Positions 58,736 through 64,000 of a stretch of 64,000 bases of DNA are shown in pieces (positions within the stretch are counted from its first letter, which is position 1; every line of letters begins with the position of its first letter). The notes beneath the pieces are model-generated. The model saw only the letters and a program-made list of their open reading frames with translations, was not told the origin of the DNA and ran no database searches. Location of the stretch: the NCBI GenBank assembly GCA_963664825.1, contig OY761614.1, positions 1,312,001 through 1,376,000 on the forward strand. Direction: 5' to 3'. A program made the translations under genes and the position numbers. This DNA comes from an uncultured Holophaga sp. GTDB lineage: Bacteria > Acidobacteriota > Holophagae > Holophagales > Holophagaceae.

Positions 58736-59689
58736 TTAGCCCAGGGCCTCCTCGGCGCCGGATCTGGATTTCAACCACCGGGGACCGATTTCGGCCAACA
58801 ACATGGCGCTGAAGAGCAGGGCACCCCCCACCAACTGAAGGGCTCCCAGGCGCTCATGGATGCCGGGAACCCAGCCCGACATCGCCAGGAGCGCGGTGTA
58901 GACGGGCTCCATGGAACAGATGATCGCGGTCTCCGTGGCCCCCAGATAAGCCTGGAAGGTGGACATGCCCCAGAAGGCCAGGGCCGTGGCCAGGAAACCC
59001 TGGTAGGCCAGGGCGATCCACACACCCGGATCCGAGAGGGGCTGGAGGATGCCCTGGAATCCCAAGGGGGCCGGGAGGAAGGCTGTAATGGTCAATGAGA
59101 TGATGGCCACCACGGCCACCTGGGTGGTGGCCAAGACCCATCCGCTGGAACGCCTGGCATAGCGCCCCGTCAGCACGATATGGAAACCGCAGGCCACCGC
59201 GCAGAGCAGCGTCTCCGAATCCCCCAGGGTCCATCCGCCCAGGCGCACGCCGGGTTCATGGACCAGCAGGTAGAGCCCCGCCGCAGCCACCAGAGCCCCG
59301 AGTCCGTGGGAACGCTTGAGGCGATTCCCGAACAGGAGGCTCACCACCGGCGTGAAGAGCACGTAAAGGCCCGTAATGAAGCCACTCTTGGAGGTGGTAG
59401 TAAAGCGCAGCCCATCGGCTTGCAGCCAGAAGACTGCCGTGAGCCAGAGCCCCAGGATGGCGCCATCCCGCACGGCCTGGCGCGGAAAGGGAATCCGGAA
59501 GGCCCGGGCCAGAATCCCCAGGGTCAAGGCCCCCAGGATGAAGCGGAGGGTGAGCATGGCCCCCACGCTCAAGCTCGAATTGAGGGTGAACTTCATGGCC
59601 GCGAAGCTGCCCCCCCACACCAGGGCGAAGGCCGACATGGCGAGGACGGCGGCCAGATGCTTGGCCGGATCGGGCTTAGGAAGGGACAC
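58736..59689 (-). CDS. DMT/EamA-family transporter
   Basis: WGGSF..MK, RF, about 10 TM, EPV..A. Confidence 0.9.
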   Translation of the reverse strand: MSLPKPDPAKHLAAVLAMSAFALVWGGSFAAMKFTLNSSLSVGAMLTLRFILGALTLGILARAFRIPFPRQAVRDGAILGLWLTAVFWLQADGLRFTTTSKSGFITGLYVLFTPVVSLLFGNRLKRSHGLGALVAAAGLYLLVHEPGVRLGGWTLGDSETLLCAVACGFHIVLTGRYARRSSGWVLATTQVAVVAIISLTITAFLPAPLGFQGILQPLSDPGVWIALAYQGFLATALAFWGMSTFQAYLGATETAIICSMEPVYTALLAMSGWVPGIHERLGALQLVGGALLFSAMLLAEIGPRWLKSRSGAEEALG

Positions 59690-59700
59690 GGGATATTCGA

Positions 59701-60669
59701 CTAGCGGAGCACGGCTGAAACGCGGATCTCCATCTCGGGCTGTTCAGGATCATCCAGGCGCAGGATCACGCGCTCGTTGTAGTTGCCTGCCCGGGCCTGG
59801 GCTCCCAGGGTGATGGTCAGCTCCTGCTGGAGGGCAGCGGCCTTCCCGACCCCCTCCACGCGAAGCAGGGGATGGGTGGGCTTGGCGGAAAGCACACGGA
59901 AGGGCCTCCCGTCCGTGTGCTTGAGGGTGAGGGTGGCGCGGAGTTCCTTCCCGGCCTTCTCCACCCAGGCCACCCGGGCGGGCGTGGCCGTGACGGAGGG
60001 ACGCAGGGCCCACTGCACATTGACGGGGATGATGGGCATCCGCTCGCTGCGGGTCCGGATGCTGAGCACATCGACCCCACTGGCGTGATTGGCGGGCACC
60101 TTGTGGCCATCCAGCAGGACCTCCACCACCACATCCTTGCCTTCGCTGTGGAAGGAAGCACTCAGATAGGGCGCGCCAGGAGCCTTGGCATCGATGACAT
60201 GCACAGGCTGGCCGTTCCCGGAGGCGAGCCGCAGGGTCGCCCTCCGGGGGGCGCTGCGCAGCACTTCGTCGAAGAACAAGGCCGTGGTGCTGGGCATGAT
60301 CTCCTGGATCACCTCGGCCTCGAAGGAGAGCGTGATCGAAGGACTGACGGGGTCATCGGAGAGGACCTGCATCGACTTGCGCACCATCCCCCGCATCCCG
60401 GCGGGGTTGAAGGTGGCCTCGATCTCCGTGGATTCCCCCGCCTTCAGGTACCACTGGCCCACCAGGGTATAGGTGCATCCGCAGGAGGGCACGACCTGTT
60501 TGATCTGGATGGGCGCCGTGCCGGTATTGGTGGCCTTGAAGCGGTACGACACTTTGCGGTCCGCCGAGATCCGACCGAAGTCGTGGTGCAGCTTGGCGAA
60601 CTTGAGCACGGGCTGCTGGGCCTGGGCCATACACACACAACAGAGGGCAAAGGGGACGATTCGACGCAT
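59701..60669 (-). CDS. Secreted DUF1573-domain protein
   Basis: Signal peptide; DFG, F...NTG..P..I..V.PSCGCT. Confidence 0.8.
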   Translation of the reverse strand: MRRIVPFALCCVCMAQAQQPVLKFAKLHHDFGRISADRKVSYRFKATNTGTAPIQIKQVVPSCGCTYTLVGQWYLKAGESTEIEATFNPAGMRGMVRKSMQVLSDDPVSPSITLSFEAEVIQEIMPSTTALFFDEVLRSAPRRATLRLASGNGQPVHVIDAKAPGAPYLSASFHSEGKDVVVEVLLDGHKVPANHASGVDVLSIRTRSERMPIIPVNVQWALRPSVTATPARVAWVEKAGKELRATLTLKHTDGRPFRVLSAKPTHPLLRVEGVGKAAALQQELTITLGAQARAGNYNERVILRLDDPEQPEMEIRVSAVLR

Positions 60670-60698
60670 GGCAACCTCGCCTTCAATTCTAGAGGAAG

Positions 60699-61598
60699 TC
60701 AGTAGCGGGGGTCTCGCCCGTTTTGCCCACGATGGGCGGCCCAGACTCCGTGCCAAGCCGCCCGAAGAAGACTCGGCTTCCCCTGGAAGATCCGCATTTG
60801 AAAGACATATAAGGCGATGCAGAGGCGTTCCAGGGAACCGCGAGGGTGCAGCTCCCTGTGCAGCAGGAGGCGATTCCGAGCGCTATAGAAGGCTTGCAGT
60901 GGGCTGCGTTTCCCCACCGTGCGGGCGCTGCGGTGGAGGATCTGGAGATCGGCGAGGACGATGGGAAGCCCGAGGGCATGGATCCTCCGACACCAAGCCG
61001 CATCCTCCCAGTAAAGGAAATACCCCCTGGGCCAGGGACCAATGCGCCCCCAGGCCTCCCGGGACACAAGCATCGATGCTCCACTCAAGGTTTCACGAGG
61101 TTCGAGCTGACGGCACCCAGGAGGCAGAGCCATCCTGTGGGAACCAAGCCCGCGGCAGAACCACCCGTCCATGCGATCGGCCCCCTGCCGCCGCCGCCCG
61201 TTGACCTGGTGCGTCCCCCAGAGGCCCACTTCCGGGTGGGCCTTCGCAAGGTTCAGAAGAGGCGCAAGGGTCGGGCCCTCCAGCACGGCATCGTTGTTCA
61301 GGAACCACACGGCTGGCGCCCCTTGGGCGAAGGCGAACTCCGCCCCCCGGTTGCACCCACAACCAAAGCCGGGATTAGTGAAATCCTCCAGGATCGTCAG
61401 GTGCGGATGGGCACCCTCCAGGCTGCGCCCGAGGCCCGGCCCTGGGCCATGATCCACCACAACCACGGCGTGGGGTTCGGCCTCGATCTCGCGCAAGGAT
61501 TCCAGACACCTGCGCGTCAACTCCGGCGAACCGTAGTGGATCAACACCACCGTGGGCAGAGCCCCGTCAGAGGCCTGGAATTCATGCAAGAATATCAC
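60699..61598 (-). CDS. GT2-family glycosyltransferase (WbbL-like)
   Basis: VVVDHG, NPGFG.GCNRG, FLNNDA, SGASML, FLYWEDA. Confidence 0.88.
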   Translation of the reverse strand: MIFLHEFQASDGALPTVVLIHYGSPELTRRCLESLREIEAEPHAVVVVDHGPGPGLGRSLEGAHPHLTILEDFTNPGFGCGCNRGAEFAFAQGAPAVWFLNNDAVLEGPTLAPLLNLAKAHPEVGLWGTHQVNGRRRQGADRMDGWFCRGLGSHRMALPPGCRQLEPRETLSGASMLVSREAWGRIGPWPRGYFLYWEDAAWCRRIHALGLPIVLADLQILHRSARTVGKRSPLQAFYSARNRLLLHRELHPRGSLERLCIALYVFQMRIFQGKPSLLRAAWHGVWAAHRGQNGRDPRY

Positions 61599-61631
61599 CT
61601 CAAGACGAAGGTAGCGCCAACCGGGGGGGAC

Positions 61632-62381
61632 ATGCGAGTCAAAGGTGTTGTTCTAGCGGGTGGCACGGGTTCCCGCCTCTTCCCCCTCACGAAGGTGACC
61701 AATAAGCACCTGCTGCCGGTGGGATACGCGCCCATGATCTGGCATCCCGTGTGGAAGCTTAAGGAAGCTGGCGCCGAGGAGATCCTCATCGTCACCGGCA
61801 CCGAACACATGGGGGCCGTGGTGCAGTGCCTGGGGTCCGGCAAGGACTTCGGATGCCGCTTCACCTACAAGGTCCAGGACGAGGCCGGCGGCATCGCCCA
61901 GGCCCTGGCTCTTGGAGAAAATTTCGCAGGCGGGGATTCCCTCTGCGTCATCCTGGGGGATAACGTCTTCCAGGATAGCCTGGCGAACGAATTCCAGGCC
62001 TTCGAGCGCCAGGGCGCGGGCGCCCGCATCCTGCTCAAGCCCGTCTCCGATCCCCACCGCTTCGGCGTCGCCGAAGTCGTGGGCGACAAGGTGGTGGGCA
62101 TCGAGGAGAAGCCCAAGGCTCCCAAGTCCAATCTCTCGGTGACGGGCATCTACTTCTACGACCCTCAGGTCTTCGATATCATCCGCCGCCAGAAGCCCTC
62201 GGGCCGGGGCGAAATGGAGATCACGGACGTGAACAACGCCTATATCGAGAAGGGCCGGATGAGCTTCGGCACCTTCCAGGGCTGGTGGTCCGACGCGGGC
62301 ACCTACCCCAGCCTCTCCCATGCCAATGAACTCGCCCTCGGGGAGGCCATGCCCTTCCCGGATATCCCGAGGAAGATCTGA
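61632..62381 (+). CDS. rfbA: Glucose-1-phosphate thymidylyltransferase (short form)
   Basis: GVVLAGGTGSRLFPLT...KHLLPV, ILGDN, EEKP..PKS, SGRGEMEITD. Confidence 0.92.
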   Translation: MRVKGVVLAGGTGSRLFPLTKVTNKHLLPVGYAPMIWHPVWKLKEAGAEEILIVTGTEHMGAVVQCLGSGKDFGCRFTYKVQDEAGGIAQALALGENFAGGDSLCVILGDNVFQDSLANEFQAFERQGAGARILLKPVSDPHRFGVAEVVGDKVVGIEEKPKAPKSNLSVTGIYFYDPQVFDIIRRQKPSGRGEMEITDVNNAYIEKGRMSFGTFQGWWSDAGTYPSLSHANELALGEAMPFPDIPRKI

Positions 62382-62881
62382 TGGAATTCAAGAAGGGCCC
62401 CATTCAAGGGGTCAAACTGACGCCTCTCAAGAAGTTCGTGGACGAGCGGGGCTGGCTGGCGGAGATCTTCCGGCACGACGAGCTGGAGCCTGAATTCCAC
62501 CCGACCATGTCCTACGTGAGCGTGACGCTGCCCGGCGTGCTGCGTGGGCCCCACGAACACGTGGACCAGGCGGATCTCTTCGCCTGGGTGGGCCCCGGGG
62601 ACTTCAAGCTGACACTCTGGGACAACCGTCCCACGAGTCCGACCTACCTGAACCGCATGGAACTCTGCCTGGGCATCAACAATCCGGGCTCCGTGGTGGT
62701 GCCCAAGGGCGTGGTGCACTGCTACCGCTGCGTGAGCCAGGAACCCGGCTTCGTCATCAACTGTCCCAACCAGCTCTTCGCCGGGGAAGGCAAGAAGGCG
62801 CCCATCGACGAAATCCGCCACGAGGATGATGCCGAGAACCCCTTCGTGCAGGACGAACTGGCCCGCAGGGTCCGCCCCTGA
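62381..62881 (+). CDS. rfbC: dTDP-4-dehydrorhamnose 3,5-epimerase family protein
   Basis: DERGWLAE, GVLRGPH.H, DNRPTSPTY, VPKGVVH. Confidence 0.88.
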   Translation: MEFKKGPIQGVKLTPLKKFVDERGWLAEIFRHDELEPEFHPTMSYVSVTLPGVLRGPHEHVDQADLFAWVGPGDFKLTLWDNRPTSPTYLNRMELCLGINNPGSVVVPKGVVHCYRCVSQEPGFVINCPNQLFAGEGKKAPIDEIRHEDDAENPFVQDELARRVRP

Positions 62882-63732
62882 TGCGCGTCGTCGTCGCAGG
62901 GGGAAGCGGCCAGCTGGCCCGGGCGATCCGGGAAACCTGGACCGGTCACGAGTTGATTTTCCCGCCGGAAACGGAACTGGATCTCTCCCGCCCGGAAACC
63001 ATTCAGAAGGTGCTCCGGGAACTCCAGCCCCAGATCCTCCTCAACTGCGCCGCCTTCACCCAGGTGGACCGCTGCGAGGCCGAAGAGGCCACGGCCGCCC
63101 TCATCAATGGCAGGGCCGTGGGCTGGTTGGCGGAGGCCTGCGATGAGCTGGGCGCCAAGCTCGTGCAGATCAGCACGGACTACGTCTTCGACGGCATGGG
63201 CGCCCGGCCCTACAGGGAGAGCGATCCCACAAATCCCGTTTCGGCCTACGGCCGCACCAAGCTCCTGGGGGAGCGGGCTGCTCTCTCTGCAAGGCGCCAT
63301 CTGGTGGCCCGCACGGCTTGGCTTTTTGAGGCCTGGGGCAAGAACTTCTTCCTCACCATGGTGAACGCTGGCCTTCAGGGCCGCGCCCTGCGTGTGGTGG
63401 ACGACCAGAGGGGCACGCCCACCAGCTGTCGGGCCCTGGCCCGCCAGCTGCAGGCGGCCGTGGAGGAGGACTGGCAGGGGCTGGTGCATGTCACCTGCTC
63501 GGGTGAAACCACCTGGCACGACTTCGCCGCGGAGATCTTCCGCCAGACGGGCATCCAGGCCCATCTCAGCCCCTGCGCCAGCACCGAATACCCCACACCC
63601 GCCCGCCGTCCCGCTTATTCCGTGCTGGATGGTAGCCATCGCAGTGAACTGGGCACGGACCGGATGCCCCCATGGCAGGACGCGCTGGAAGAAGTGGTCC
63701 TGGCGTGGCGACAACCCGAACCCAAGGTCTGA
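62881..63732 (+). CDS. rfbD: dTDP-4-dehydrorhamnose reductase
   Basis: GGSGQL, NCAAFTQVD, ISTDYVFDG, YGRTKLLGE, VDDQRGTPT, RPAYSVL. Confidence 0.95.
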   Translation: MRVVVAGGSGQLARAIRETWTGHELIFPPETELDLSRPETIQKVLRELQPQILLNCAAFTQVDRCEAEEATAALINGRAVGWLAEACDELGAKLVQISTDYVFDGMGARPYRESDPTNPVSAYGRTKLLGERAALSARRHLVARTAWLFEAWGKNFFLTMVNAGLQGRALRVVDDQRGTPTSCRALARQLQAAVEEDWQGLVHVTCSGETTWHDFAAEIFRQTGIQAHLSPCASTEYPTPARRPAYSVLDGSHRSELGTDRMPPWQDALEEVVLAWRQPEPKV

Positions 63733-63742
63733 AGAGGCACCC

Positions 63743-64000
63743 ATGGCAGAAACCATCCTCATCACGGGCGGCGCCGGTTTCATCGGTTCGAACCTCGTCC
63801 ACCGCTGGCACCGGGAGCATCCCCAGGATCGCATCCTGGTGCTGGACAAGCTCACCTACGCCGCCGATCGCACCCAGATCGAAGGCCTTGAAGGGGTCGA
63901 ACTCGTCGTTGGCGACGTGCAGAACCTGGAGCTGGCCCGGCACCTCATCGAGCGCCACGGCGTGAGGAAGCTCTTCCATCTGGCCGCGGAAAGCCATGTG
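63743..64000 (+). CDS. rfbB: dTDP-glucose 4,6-dehydratase, 5' part (runs off window)
   Basis: ILITGGAGFIGSN, LDKLTYAA, HLAAESHV. Confidence 0.93.
   Translation, partial: MAETILITGGAGFIGSNLVHRWHREHPQDRILVLDKLTYAADRTQIEGLEGVELVVGDVQNLELARHLIERHGVRKLFHLAAESHV

Overview
GC-rich bacterial chromosomal window; gene content suggests class Holophagae (Geothrix/Holophaga-like Acidobacteriota), which is an inference and not verified. Left to right: a large SNF2-family helicase running off the left edge (absent from the ORF track), thiG, a CPA2 antiporter, pgpA, a HEAT-repeat protein and rimO. Next is a signalling cluster of FHA-GAF-adenylate cyclase, PilZ, CheY, CheZ-like, triple CheW, CheA and a CheW-CheZ-like fusion, with no MCP, CheR or CheB. 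An accessory tract (about 19-35 kb) around asnS holds several toxin-antitoxin modules, Fic and two Uma2 genes. It also holds two sigma54-type type IV pilin genes followed by a TMTC-like GT-C/TPR protein, a GtrB-like and a GtrA-like gene, the best candidate for a little-described system (three-component pilin glycosylation). The rest comprises ABC transport genes, a PilB/GspE ATPase, an 11-subunit complex I operon lacking nuoEFG, ATP synthase F0 genes, a RelA/SpoT-like + STAS + frameshifted REC-PP2C trio, and dTDP-rhamnose genes. Non-coding DNA shows two related 115-bp palindromic elements and three insertions that duplicate a gene end or gene junction. No rRNA, tRNA, CRISPR array, integrase or transposase was recognised.
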